From the sequence record DRR723986_1335: a stretch of DNA of 33,547 bases; one strand, 5' to 3'. Shown piece after piece: positions 1 through 9,938 of this stretch. A program made the position numbers and the translations under genes. A model generated the notes under the pieces. It saw only the letters and a program-made list of their open reading frames with translations, ran no database searches and was not told the origin of the DNA. Numbering within the stretch: the first letter of the stretch is position 1; the number at the start of each line of letters is the position of its first letter.

Positions 1-756
1 CAGATAGAAGAAGGTAAATACAAATACCCAAACAAGATCGACAAAGTGCCAGTAAAGGCCAACTTTCTCAACCATTTCGTAATGTCCTCTTTTGTGGTAT
101 ACTCCTCTAATTACATTACGCAATACCAAGAAGTTGAATAATACCCCTGTGAATACGTGGAATCCGTGGAATCCTGTAATAAAGAAAAAGAAATTCGCAT
201 ATAATGTTGGTCCGTAGCTATGAATGACCGTTTCGTGACCGTGTCCTCCAGCTTCAAAGACGCCTCCGTATGGGGAGTGCGATAGTGTGCCGTTGTCGTA
301 CCAAGTACTTAAATCTCCGTCAGGACCTGCAATAAAAGTAGACCACTCCCAAACTTGAGAACCTAAGAAAATTAATCCACCAACAACAGTTAAAAGTAGC
401 CATTTGATAACGGCTTTTTTATCCATTCTGTGACCCGCTTCAACAGCTAATACCATTGTAACCGAAGATACAATTAGTATAAAAGTCATTAAGGCAACAT
501 AAATCAATGGAGCGTGAGCGTGGGTAAACGGAAGGTGAGTAAACACTTCCTCTCCAGTTGGCCAATGAGATGCTGCATCATTTACATTTGCAAACTTTGC
601 GAAGCCCAATGCCGATAATAATCCACCAAAAGTTAATCCATCTGATACCAAGAAAAACCACATCATTAGTTTTCCGTAGCTCACTGAAAACGGAGAAGTA
701 TATCCACCTCCCCAAAGTGTAGCCGAATCGATTTCTTTAGAAGCTGCTCCTGCCAT
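1..756 (-). CDS. Cytochrome c (heme-copper) oxidase subunit III; 3' end runs off the window
   Basis: Not in the ORF track; translated by hand from ATG at 756: MAGAASKEIDSATLWGGGYTSPFSVSYGKLMMWFFLVSDGLTF...FFFITGFHGFHVFTGV...GLYWHFVDLVWVFVFTFFYL. TGFHGxHV and YWHFVDxVW are subunit III hallmarks. Confidence 0.93.
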   Translation of the reverse strand, partial: MAGAASKEIDSATLWGGGYTSPFSVSYGKLMMWFFLVSDGLTFGGLLSALGFAKFANVNDAASHWPTGEEVFTHLPFTHAHAPLIYVALMTFILIVSSVTMVLAVEAGHRMDKKAVIKWLLLTVVGGLIFLGSQVWEWSTFIAGPDGDLSTWYDNGTLSHSPYGGVFEAGGHGHETVIHSYGPTLYANFFFFITGFHGFHVFTGVLFNFLVLRNVIRGVYHKRGHYEMVEKVGLYWHFVDLVWVFVFTFFYL

Positions 757-780
757 AATCTAATTTTCGTTTGTGCAAGT

Positions 781-1830
781 TTAATGAATAAAAATTAAAA
801 ATCCGTATAAATAAAGCCATAAAATACCCAAAAAATGCCAATACATTGAGCCTAATGTAATTCCCAAATAATTTGACTTGGTGTACTTGTTTCGTAACCC
901 TCTGATAAACACGACAAAAAGCGCAATGATACCGCCTATCCAATGCAGTAAATGAACACCAGTAAAAACATAAATATATGAGCTCGCCATATTCTGTTGA
1001 CTGTACAAATCATTCTCTAATTTGGGTGATAATTTTTTACCATCTATGAAAAATTCTCGGTGCTCGTAATCCAATTTATTGCCGTTGTAATAGATCCAGA
1101 AATCTTCACCGTATTTTCCATCCATGATAAAATCCCCACGATCTGTTTTCAAATTTTCACCAAAGCGATTCAGTGCTATATATTTAGTTTCTGGGAAATC
1201 TCCAGAAACTAAACTTAATTTCCCGTTTGAATAAATCACAGGCTCATTACCATATAATAACATGAATTTAGAACCGTAGTTGCTCAATTCAAATGTTTTC
1301 TCTTTGCTTTTGGCTCCGGCCTCTAATTCTTTTCCTAAGACACGAATTTCTTCATGGATCTCATCTGAAATAATTTCACCCTTCAAGTAAAATTCGGCGT
1401 TATCATAAGAAATGTTCTTGCCTTCATAAGTCAATGAAAAGTAATTTCCGTATCTGCCTTCTACGGTCATAATCGAACCCGTAACTGCCGAACCGCGTTG
1501 GAATAATTGTTTAAAGGCTTGGAATTGAAAAACTCCGAATAATACAGAGCCTAGAAAGGCCAAACCTAAAGATGCTTTCATTAACCCGAATTGTTCTTTT
1601 TTAACGGCATATACTCCAACAAAAAGAAAAACACTGCTCAAAATAATAACAGTGGTACTCATCTTAAAACCAGAAGGCATAGCAATGTTAACCCAGAAAT
1701 AGGAGCCTTGAGATACAATATATGCGCTCGTTAAACCAGCAAATATCATGAAAGATGCAAAGATGAAGATCCACAAAAGGTTCTTTTTAACCTTCGCATT
1801 TAATTCGGGGGAGAGTTCGTGTTTAGTCAA
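781..1830 (-). CDS. Heme-copper oxidase subunit III-like protein with a large repeat-containing insertion
   Basis: N-terminal LLWIFIFASFMIFAGLTSAYIV and C-terminal TGVHLLHWIGG / YWHFLGILWLYLY motifs; TTG start; lies between cyoE and the second subunit III gene. Confidence 0.88.
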   Translation of the reverse strand: MTKHELSPELNAKVKKNLLWIFIFASFMIFAGLTSAYIVSQGSYFWVNIAMPSGFKMSTTVIILSSVFLFVGVYAVKKEQFGLMKASLGLAFLGSVLFGVFQFQAFKQLFQRGSAVTGSIMTVEGRYGNYFSLTYEGKNISYDNAEFYLKGEIISDEIHEEIRVLGKELEAGAKSKEKTFELSNYGSKFMLLYGNEPVIYSNGKLSLVSGDFPETKYIALNRFGENLKTDRGDFIMDGKYGEDFWIYYNGNKLDYEHREFFIDGKKLSPKLENDLYSQQNMASSYIYVFTGVHLLHWIGGIIALFVVFIRGLRNKYTKSNYLGITLGSMYWHFLGILWLYLYGFLIFIH

Positions 1831-1832
1831 AG

Positions 1833-2717
1833 CTAAATTTTATCAAAAACGTATAAAAACTGAATAAGTGGCAAGTAAATGAATGACGCAAACATTAATG
1901 AACGCGCATATTTATCTTCCATTTTTATAAATAATTTATAGGCCACTAAGAAAAACCAAAGGCCTAAAACTGTTCCTACATATAGCGTAATGTCGCTTGT
2001 CCATTCATAAACCCATGGTAAAAGACTGGTTGGAACCATTAAAAGGGCATATAAGACAATTAAGAAAGCTGATTGTTTACTTTTTCTTGATTTCATTGGT
2101 AGAAGTGAAAATCCAGCTTTAGCATAATCTTCATCCTTCACCCAAGCAATTGCCCAAAAGTGAGGGAATTGCCACATGAATTGAACTAAAAACATGGTTC
2201 CTGCTACTAAATCAAATTTACCTGTTACAGCAACAACTCCAATCATTGGAGGGATAGCTCCAGGGAATGCACCTACAAAAACCGCCCATGGACTGATTTT
2301 TTTCATGGGAGTATATATGGCTGCGTAAAGCACTAGGGCTAAAATCCCTAAAATGCCTGATAGAAAGTTTAATTGAAATAATAATAGTGCTCCTAGAACT
2401 CCAAAAGAGCTAGATAAAATAACAGCCTCTGTAACTGACATTCTGCCTTGAGGTAGAGGTCGGTTTTGAGTTCTTGGCATTAATTTATCCGTTTCACGTT
2501 CAATGATTTGATTGAATCCGTTTGATGAACCAGTAATTAAAAAACCGCCTCCAATCAAATACAATAAATCAATTGACATGGTCCCTCCTGCAAAGAAATA
2601 ACATGCAGCAGCAGATATGACAACCAACATGGATAGTCGCAGTTTGGCAAGCGTTGCTATGTCTTTGAATCGACTAATTCTTAATTCTTTTTCTATGCTT
2701 GATTCTTCGGTCACCAT
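1833..2717 (-). CDS. cyoE: Protoheme IX farnesyltransferase (heme O synthase)
   Basis: NQIIERETDKLMPRTQNRPLPQG, YTPMK, GAFPGAIPP and WQFPHFWAIAW motifs. Confidence 0.96.
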   Translation of the reverse strand: MVTEESSIEKELRISRFKDIATLAKLRLSMLVVISAAACYFFAGGTMSIDLLYLIGGGFLITGSSNGFNQIIERETDKLMPRTQNRPLPQGRMSVTEAVILSSSFGVLGALLLFQLNFLSGILGILALVLYAAIYTPMKKISPWAVFVGAFPGAIPPMIGVVAVTGKFDLVAGTMFLVQFMWQFPHFWAIAWVKDEDYAKAGFSLLPMKSRKSKQSAFLIVLYALLMVPTSLLPWVYEWTSDITLYVGTVLGLWFFLVAYKLFIKMEDKYARSLMFASFIYLPLIQFLYVFDKI

Positions 2718-2748
2718 TGAGTGAAAAGGCCTTTTTTATAAAGCGCCA

Positions 2749-2756
2749 CAAAGTTA
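2749..2756 (-). promoter_or_regulatory. Bacteroidota sigma70 -7 element for cyoE and the subunit III genes
   Basis: Minus-strand TAACTTTG matches TAnnTTTG, about 30 nt upstream of the cyoE start. Confidence 0.7.
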
Positions 2757-2832
2757 ATAAAAAACCAACAACGGTTTTCATGCAAGCGCATAGAATGATT
2801 CTAGATTGAATTTTAAGGGTTAATAGATTGAC

Positions 2833-4404
2833 TTAAAAGTCATTATAGCTGTTAAAGATTCGTGAGCGAAGCCCAACCGTAAAACTGTGAAAGTCTTGCG
2901 AACCTATAGAGGTGTTGACATGACGCCAATTGTAAGCTGCAATTAAATACATGTTGATTTTTGGAAGGATTTCATATTCATAGATGAACGTTTCATTGAA
3001 AACGTTAGTTCGAAGACCCTGCATATTATAATGCCCGTAAGCGCCATCTCGTAATGCATAAGATTTAAAAATATCCTGACCATAGCTGATACTATCCGTG
3101 TCAACACCATAAGAAGCGTAGGTTATTTTATTTGTAAATCTGTGCTTTTTCTTTTTGTAGGATAAAATCGATAATACTTCAAAAAAGTTGGCGCCTATAG
3201 GGTGAGCGACAGATGAATTCATGTGTCCATATGAATGAGCAGAAGATTTATGTGAATAAGTGAATGGTCGCACACCATTAAATTCGAGTTGAAAATAAAG
3301 GTCGTCAACCAAGAATCTATTCGATTTATAACCAATCTGACCACCGAATTTATTGGCCCACCATCTTGATTTCGCTCTTAACTCAGATAACAAGAACTCA
3401 TCTAGAATAAATTGACCATAAATGTTATGGTTTTTATTGATTTTGTAGGATAAATTTGCTCCTAACAGCACGTTGTCTGATGAACCCAAACCATATTCCA
3501 CTGGTCTATAAAAAACGATAGGATTTAAATAGTTGAAATCAAATCCGCGATTGGTTAAGGTGTCTTTTCCTTGCCAAACCACGGTTTCAAAAACCGAAAA
3601 ATTCAGATCTCTTGTAATATTCCAACTGAGATAATGAATGGCTGAGAATTTCCGGATATCCAAACTTCTATTGTTGGGGTCAACGGTGTTGTCTTTCCAA
3701 AAATTATAAAGATTTACGTATTTAATACCAGCAAAACTTGTTTCAATTTTAAAGAAAGGTTGAGCAGCTCCATTATCTGATAATAATAATGAACGATAGC
3801 CTTCTCCGAAAAAGTTTTTGCCATATCCACCGCTAAACGTGAAAAATTTATTCGCCTGCAGAACAGCTGTTAGTTGGCCACGGTAAAAAGTGTTTGGGGC
3901 AATACCTCTGTCAGTGCCAAAATCCTGATGATAGTTAGTCTGAACAGAATCCGCCAAATTGCCAAAGGATGAATAATAAGGTAAGAGCTTCGCGTTAACG
4001 AAGAAGTTGTTAATTCCAAAGTTTACCGCCCCGCCAATACCTGCATTGTAAATTGGTTTTGAATTGTTGCCTAACTCCATACCTCCTTGTATATCGGCCA
4101 GTGGGTAAATTTCTAAAAAGGTACTATGGTTATTATTTTTACCGTTAATTGACCAACCTTTGTTAAAATGTAATGCTGATTTATCATCAGAGTAAACTAT
4201 GTTTTTAACAATTAATGGCTTTACAGAGCTGTGCACATTTTTTTGGTCTTTAAAATATAGCTGTGATTGCTCAATTTGATTTCGATAATCTAAGTTGGAT
4301 AATGTTTTTTTGTAAACTATCGGTATAGGTGATTCTTCATCCTCCACTTGAGCAAATCCAATTGAAGAGATAAAAAATAATATGTATACAAGGAGTCTAT
4401 GCAC
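2833..4404 (-). CDS. RemB-like / Wzi-family outer-membrane beta-barrel protein
   Basis: Signal peptide, GYGKNFFGEGYRSLLLSD, YLNPIVFYRPVEY, YGQFILDEF, C-terminal Phe; GTG start abuts the stop of the upstream gene. Confidence 0.72.
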   Translation of the reverse strand: MHRLLVYILFFISSIGFAQVEDEESPIPIVYKKTLSNLDYRNQIEQSQLYFKDQKNVHSSVKPLIVKNIVYSDDKSALHFNKGWSINGKNNNHSTFLEIYPLADIQGGMELGNNSKPIYNAGIGGAVNFGINNFFVNAKLLPYYSSFGNLADSVQTNYHQDFGTDRGIAPNTFYRGQLTAVLQANKFFTFSGGYGKNFFGEGYRSLLLSDNGAAQPFFKIETSFAGIKYVNLYNFWKDNTVDPNNRSLDIRKFSAIHYLSWNITRDLNFSVFETVVWQGKDTLTNRGFDFNYLNPIVFYRPVEYGLGSSDNVLLGANLSYKINKNHNIYGQFILDEFLLSELRAKSRWWANKFGGQIGYKSNRFLVDDLYFQLEFNGVRPFTYSHKSSAHSYGHMNSSVAHPIGANFFEVLSILSYKKKKHRFTNKITYASYGVDTDSISYGQDIFKSYALRDGAYGHYNMQGLRTNVFNETFIYEYEILPKINMYLIAAYNWRHVNTSIGSQDFHSFTVGLRSRIFNSYNDF

Positions 4405-5475
4405 TTATTTCTTTTTAGGGTGTAAATAGAAAACATAAAGCACAAAAGTCATTGCAACGGCTAGACTGATGAAAAAACTAATATTTGGATTTTTAAATTG
4501 AAGGAAAAAGGATTGAAGTACCATAATGATGGTAAACAGATAAATTACAACAACAGTAAGCTTATGATTCGGATTGCGATCCAACATTTTATGATGCAAG
4601 TGGTTTCTGTCAGCACTTAACGGTGACTTACCTTTAGCGGTTCGAATTGTGAATACTCTTAACGTGTCTAATAAAGGATAGGCTAGGAGGGTCATTCCTA
4701 AAATTGGCATGGATACGTTTTGTAATTCTACAGGTAGAAAGTTGGTAGGGGATTCTATTATTTTAAGGGCTAAAACGGATAGGACTGCTCCAATTATTAG
4801 TGAACCAGAGTCTCCCATAAATATTCTAGCAGGGTTAAAATTAAAAACTAAAAACCCCAATAAAGCTCCTGCCATTGAAAATGAGACAAGTGCCCAGTGA
4901 ATTGCTCCAGAGTAGGCAAACCAAACACCAAATCCCACTGAAGCTAAAAGTCCAACTCCTGACGCAAGTCCATCAACTCCATCAACTAAATTAATTGCAT
5001 TAACAACAACTATATAGACAAAGATTGATATTAAATAACTTCCATAAAGAGGCAATTCTATGTCCATACCTAAGAGACCATGAAATGAGGTAATGCGTAT
5101 GTCACCCATTACAACAAGTATGAACCCAACCATTAGATGAGCCATTAGTTTCTTTGAAGGCGACATCCCAATTATGTCATCTTTAACACCAACAAAAAAG
5201 AGTAGGATCAAACTAGCCATTAAGTAATTAAACTGGGATAATTCTGATTGTGCGTGCGGGTTGTTATCTGGAAACCACAGAAAACAAGAAAAGATAAAAG
5301 CAGAGAAAATGATGATACCTCCAATTGTTGGGATACTTCGTGTGTGTAGCTTCCGATCTTCAGAAGGTTCGTCAACAAGATGCTTCAATTTTGCCACTTT
5401 TATTAAAGCGGGTGTAGCTAACAGCACAACACTAAAAGCAGTAAGGAAAACAAGTAATAAATGATATTCTTTCAT
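4405..5475 (-). CDS. Undecaprenyl-phosphate sugar-1-phosphate transferase, WecA/MraY (glycosyltransferase 4) family
   Basis: RKLHTRSIPTIGG, GVKDD, NAINLVDGVDGLA, FNFNPARIFMGDSGS and DRNHLHH motifs; polytopic membrane protein. Confidence 0.92.
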   Translation of the reverse strand: MKEYHLLLVFLTAFSVVLLATPALIKVAKLKHLVDEPSEDRKLHTRSIPTIGGIIIFSAFIFSCFLWFPDNNPHAQSELSQFNYLMASLILLFFVGVKDDIIGMSPSKKLMAHLMVGFILVVMGDIRITSFHGLLGMDIELPLYGSYLISIFVYIVVVNAINLVDGVDGLASGVGLLASVGFGVWFAYSGAIHWALVSFSMAGALLGFLVFNFNPARIFMGDSGSLIIGAVLSVLALKIIESPTNFLPVELQNVSMPILGMTLLAYPLLDTLRVFTIRTAKGKSPLSADRNHLHHKMLDRNPNHKLTVVVIYLFTIIMVLQSFFLQFKNPNISFFISLAVAMTFVLYVFYLHPKKK

Positions 5476-5476
5476 A

Positions 5477-7063
5477 CTAAAAGTCTCTAGTCTTATTTCT
5501 TAATTGAGTTCTTAATCCAGCATAGATATAATTCGTATTTTGAATGGAATTGCTCAAATATTCTTCTCTAAACATCCATCCAACGACAGTTTGGAAGTTA
5601 TAGTTTTTGTTAAATCTATACCCAGCTTCAATCGTATTGATCAGTACATTTCTTTGTTGGTCGATAAGTGAATTGCCAAGCAATTCATCATTTAATATGT
5701 CAGTACCATCACTGTTTAATTGGGCGTATTTTTGATTGTAATACACAACTTTATTGGATACGAAGAATCCTTTATGTTCATAGCCTATTCTAATAATCCC
5801 TTCATTGAATCCAGATCCCAATGGATGTGCTAGGGGTAAATTGTAATGAGAATAGTTGTAGCGCTTTTCATTAGAGATATAAGTGAAATTCTTAACCCAA
5901 TTATATTCAACCTGAAGATCAAGGCCTTTAATGAATTGGCCGTAAGAATTTAATCCCACTTGAATACCGCTTAAGGATTTGTTGTCAATTACGGCCTGAC
6001 CATAAAGTCTGTTTTTTAGAAAGCTAATGGTGTAATTAAAACCCAGGATATCATTGTATCCTGAGGAATTATTTCCTTGAACAAGGCTGTTAACTAAAGG
6101 AAAGGGATTGGTAAAAAGCCAATTTGGTTCATGCGTGCCTAATGAGTCGGTTCTTTTCCAAAGAGCTCCTTCAAAAAATCCAATTTGTATATTTTTCGTG
6201 ATTGCAAAATCAAGGTAATGATAGGTGCCAATTTTTCGTTCGAAAGTAGCTTCTACAGATTCGAATTGAGGCAAACGATATAAATTTTGATGGATGGCAT
6301 AAATAACGTTGTATTGCAATCTACCCTTTAACAGGGTGGTTTCAATTTTTGCGAACGGATAGTTGGCTGAGAAATCTGAAAGCAATAATGACCGGTATCC
6401 ATTTCCTATTCTATGATTTCCATTTCCAAACTGGATGTTGATCCAATTTGTGGGCACAATTGAGACATGCCCTTCTGCGAAGGCAAAATCGTAGCCGTTA
6501 GTTTTGAATGGTTTTGTTCTACCATAGCCCGGTATTACAGCATTTTCTTGTTTGTAGCCTTGTATAGCGGTTCGCAATTCACCGTGGGCATCTGCATAAT
6601 CTGCTAAATATTGAGGAACAACCGCTTGATTTTCGTAGATGGATGTTGAGAAACCCACTTTGTCCATAAAGCGTCCTTGAACGCGGAGTCCTCTTGTATT
6701 CCAATACAGTAAATGCGTTGAGTCTGAAGAAATATCTCGGCCACCTTCAAAATCGATAATTGGATCTACCGCACACCAGAAATCCCGACCTTTAAAAATC
6801 AGAAAATTTTCTTTAAAAATCTTTTGAGTAATCCAGTAATAATGCTTGGAGTCTTTGAAATAAATGGAATCTCTATTTGTTTTTTTATCCAATACTGGAC
6901 CAAGGCTTAAGTGTGAATTAGCAAAGGTTTTAAGGCTGTCATGTTGCAAGAAATAACGGTCAATTTCAGTGGTATAGTATTGTTGGTTAGGGAAATACAA
7001 TTGCGTCCTACCGGTTGATGGTAGAAAAATAGAAATAAGAAATATTAACGCAAATGCACGCAT
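5477..7063 (-). CDS. RemB-like / Wzi-family outer-membrane beta-barrel protein (paralog of 2833..4404)
   Basis: Signal peptide, GNGNHRIGNGYRSLLLSD, YSHYNLPLAHPLG, C-terminal DF; shares these motifs with the 523 aa ORF. Confidence 0.72.
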   Translation of the reverse strand: MRAFALIFLISIFLPSTGRTQLYFPNQQYYTTEIDRYFLQHDSLKTFANSHLSLGPVLDKKTNRDSIYFKDSKHYYWITQKIFKENFLIFKGRDFWCAVDPIIDFEGGRDISSDSTHLLYWNTRGLRVQGRFMDKVGFSTSIYENQAVVPQYLADYADAHGELRTAIQGYKQENAVIPGYGRTKPFKTNGYDFAFAEGHVSIVPTNWINIQFGNGNHRIGNGYRSLLLSDFSANYPFAKIETTLLKGRLQYNVIYAIHQNLYRLPQFESVEATFERKIGTYHYLDFAITKNIQIGFFEGALWKRTDSLGTHEPNWLFTNPFPLVNSLVQGNNSSGYNDILGFNYTISFLKNRLYGQAVIDNKSLSGIQVGLNSYGQFIKGLDLQVEYNWVKNFTYISNEKRYNYSHYNLPLAHPLGSGFNEGIIRIGYEHKGFFVSNKVVYYNQKYAQLNSDGTDILNDELLGNSLIDQQRNVLINTIEAGYRFNKNYNFQTVVGWMFREEYLSNSIQNTNYIYAGLRTQLRNKTRDF

Positions 7064-7118
7064 GCCTTAGATTAAACGTGAATTTAGGCTAAAAGGTTAT
7101 GGATTTATTGGTCTTGAT

Positions 7119-8057
7119 TTAATCGTCTAAAAGTCCTTTAGACAATGCATCATTAAAAGCGAGCTCAATACCTTCTTTTAATTCAGTTTTGTACGACCAA
7201 CCCGCATTCGTCAATTTGGATACATTCATCAATTTACGTGGAGTACCATCTGGCTTAGAAGTGTCAAAAGTTAGTTCACCTTCAAATCCGACTACATCTT
7301 TGACAGTTAATGCAACGTCTTTGATTGAAATATCGGTCCCAGAACCCACATTGACAAATTGTTTCTCATTGTAATTGAGCATTAAATGCAGTGAGGCTTC
7401 AGCTAGATCATCTACATACAAGAATTCACGTTTTGGGCTACCGGTGCCCCAAATTTCAACTGAAGGGAGGCCATTCTTTTTAGCTAAATAAAATTTCTTT
7501 ATCAAAGCAGGTAAAACATGAGAAGTTTCTAAGTTATAATTGTCGTTTGGACCGTACAGGTTGGTGGGCATTGCTGATATGAAATTACAACCAAATTGAT
7601 CGCGATAGCTTTCACATAATTTGATTCCGGCAATCTTTGCAATAGCATAAGGCTCATTTGTTGGCTCTAAATACCCTGATAAAAGGGCTTCTTCTGTTAA
7701 GGGTTGATCAGCCAATTTAGGGTAAATACAAGATGATCCTAAGAATAATAATTTCTCAACTTTATTGAGATAAGCCGCATGGATGATATTTGAAGCAATC
7801 ATCAAATTATCATACAAGAATTCAGCCCTGTAAATATTGTTGGCCAATATTCCTCCTACTTTCGCTGCCGCTAAAAAAACATGACTCGGTTTTTCTTTTT
7901 CAAAAAAGGAGTTTACAGCTTCTTGATTTCTCAAATCTAATTCTGAAGAAGTTCTAGAGATGATATTGGTGTAGCCTTCTTTTTGAAGTAATCGAACAAT
8001 TGCAGATCCTACCATCCCGCGGTGACCTGCTACATAGATTTTAGCATCTTTATTCAT
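7119..8057 (-). CDS. fcl: GDP-L-fucose synthase
   Basis: [37 protein letters not shown] and KPDGTPRK motifs. Start moved to ATG 8057 (MNKDAK), which overlaps the 3' end of gmd. Confidence 0.96.
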   Translation of the reverse strand: MNKDAKIYVAGHRGMVGSAIVRLLQKEGYTNIISRTSSELDLRNQEAVNSFFEKEKPSHVFLAAAKVGGILANNIYRAEFLYDNLMIASNIIHAAYLNKVEKLLFLGSSCIYPKLADQPLTEEALLSGYLEPTNEPYAIAKIAGIKLCESYRDQFGCNFISAMPTNLYGPNDNYNLETSHVLPALIKKFYLAKKNGLPSVEIWGTGSPKREFLYVDDLAEASLHLMLNYNEKQFVNVGSGTDISIKDVALTVKDVVGFEGELTFDTSKPDGTPRKLMNVSKLTNAGWSYKTELKEGIELAFNDALSKGLLDD

Positions 8058-9141
8058 TGTAATCAAAAGTCTGGTGTCCACCTTCTTGCAGGTATTTATC
8101 TTTTTGGAAAAGTTTCATATCTGCATCCATCATCTCGGTAACTAGTTGATCAAAATTTCTTTTAATTGACCAGCCCAACTTTGCTTTCGCCTTAGAAGGG
8201 TCTCCCAAAAGTAAATCAACTTCAGTTGGTCTGAAGTATTTTTCATCAACTTCTACGAGTAATTCTCCCGTTTCAGCATTGAAGCCTTTTTCATCAACGC
8301 CTTGACCCTCCCATCTAATTTTAATATCTACATGGGCGAATGATTTTTCAACAAATTCTCTTACCGGGTGAGTTTCACCAGATGCTAATACATAATCATC
8401 AGCTTCATCTTGTTGTAGCATTTGCCACATTCCATATACGTAGTCTTGTGCATGACCCCAATCTCTTTTGGCATCAAGATTTCCAAGATAAAGTCTTTTT
8501 TGTAAGCCAAGTTTTATTTTGGCTACCGCCCTAGTTATTTTTCGAGTAACAAAGGTCTCCCCTCTTAGTGGACTTTCATGGTTAAATAAAATTCCATTAC
8601 AAGCATACATTCCATAAGCTTCTCTGTAATTCTTTACAATCCAAAAGCCGTATAGTTTTGCGACTGCATATGGACTTCTAGGGTAAAACGGTGTCGTTTC
8701 TGATTGAGGCGTTTCAACTACTTTTCCGTAAAGTTCAGAAGTAGATGCTTGATAAAATTTCACCTTCTTTTCAAGGTTTAATATCCGAATTGCTTCTAAT
8801 AATCTCAAGGTTCCAATGCCATCTGCATTTGCTGTGTATTCAGGTAAGTCAAAAGATACTTGAACGTGTGACATAGCGGCCAAATTGTAGATTTCATCCG
8901 GCTTAGTTTCTTGGACTATTCGAATTAAATTAGTTGAGTCAGTTAAGTCACCATAATGCAAGAAAAAGTCAACATTTGCTTCATGTTTGTCTTTATACAA
9001 GTGATCAATTCTGTCTGTATTAAAAAGAGATGACCTCCTTTTAACCCCATGCACGATATATCCCTTTTCTAGCAGTAATTCTGCTAAATAGGCGCCGTCT
9101 TGACCTGTGACACCTGTTATCAGTGCGACTTTTTTGCTCAT
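8050..9141 (-). CDS. gmd: GDP-mannose 4,6-dehydratase
   Basis: [35 protein letters not shown] and [18 protein letters not shown] motifs. Confidence 0.98.
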   Translation of the reverse strand: MSKKVALITGVTGQDGAYLAELLLEKGYIVHGVKRRSSLFNTDRIDHLYKDKHEANVDFFLHYGDLTDSTNLIRIVQETKPDEIYNLAAMSHVQVSFDLPEYTANADGIGTLRLLEAIRILNLEKKVKFYQASTSELYGKVVETPQSETTPFYPRSPYAVAKLYGFWIVKNYREAYGMYACNGILFNHESPLRGETFVTRKITRAVAKIKLGLQKRLYLGNLDAKRDWGHAQDYVYGMWQMLQQDEADDYVLASGETHPVREFVEKSFAHVDIKIRWEGQGVDEKGFNAETGELLVEVDEKYFRPTEVDLLLGDPSKAKAKLGWSIKRNFDQLVTEMMDADMKLFQKDKYLQEGGHQTFDYNE

Positions 9142-9143
9142 AA

Positions 9144-9938
9144 TTATTTTATTAATTCTAACCCTTTTGGTTTGGCAACAAAATGCGGGTTTTCTAAGTT
9201 TTTCTTATTGTAAGTTAAAGGTGTAAAGGTAGCAAAATTCAATATTTCACCACCTACAGTATTGAAAATGGCATGGCCTGCAGCTATGTCCCATTCCATG
9301 GTTGGCCATAATCTCAAGTAAACGTTTGCTTTACCAGACATTAAATCAAAGAATTTAATAGCACTCCCTTTTTTAATTCTTTTGATGTGGCCAAATTTAT
9401 CTGATTGAAGCCGAATGAATTCATCAATTTTCGGAGTGATTTGAGTACGCGAATAGATAATACAATCAAAATTTTCTTGGTCTACTTCTTCTACGGCATA
9501 TTTCGGATTTTCAAAATCTAAATTCCCATATGGAATAATTGCAGGTTTGACATCCACACCTCCTATTATAACTTGTTCATGTATGGGGCTTGCTATTAAT
9601 CCGAAAACAGGTTTACCATTTTCAATTAAAGCGATACAAATACAAAATTCACCACTTTTTTTGACAAACTCCTTAGTTCCATCTAACGGATCTAACAACC
9701 AAACGTCTTTATTTTTACGTTCTTCAAAACTTGGAATAGTCTCTTCTTCTGAAATGACTAAAACACCAGTGTTTTTCAATGCTGCAAATAAAATATCATT
9801 TGAACGTTGGTCGGCCTCTGTTACTGGAGAATTATCTGCTTTCAAAATAACATCAAAATCCTTCTGATAAACCTCCATTATTTCTTCGGAGGCCTGATAA
9901 ACAGCTTTCAGTATTTCTGGCAACCAATCCTTTATCAT
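9144..9938 (-). CDS. cysQ: 3'(2'),5'-bisphosphate nucleotidase (PAP phosphatase)
   Basis: [27 protein letters not shown] and [12 protein letters not shown] motifs. Confidence 0.92.
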   Translation of the reverse strand: MIKDWLPEILKAVYQASEEIMEVYQKDFDVILKADNSPVTEADQRSNDILFAALKNTGVLVISEEETIPSFEERKNKDVWLLDPLDGTKEFVKKSGEFCICIALIENGKPVFGLIASPIHEQVIIGGVDVKPAIIPYGNLDFENPKYAVEEVDQENFDCIIYSRTQITPKIDEFIRLQSDKFGHIKRIKKGSAIKFFDLMSGKANVYLRLWPTMEWDIAAGHAIFNTVGGEILNFATFTPLTYNKKNLENPHFVAKPKGLELIK

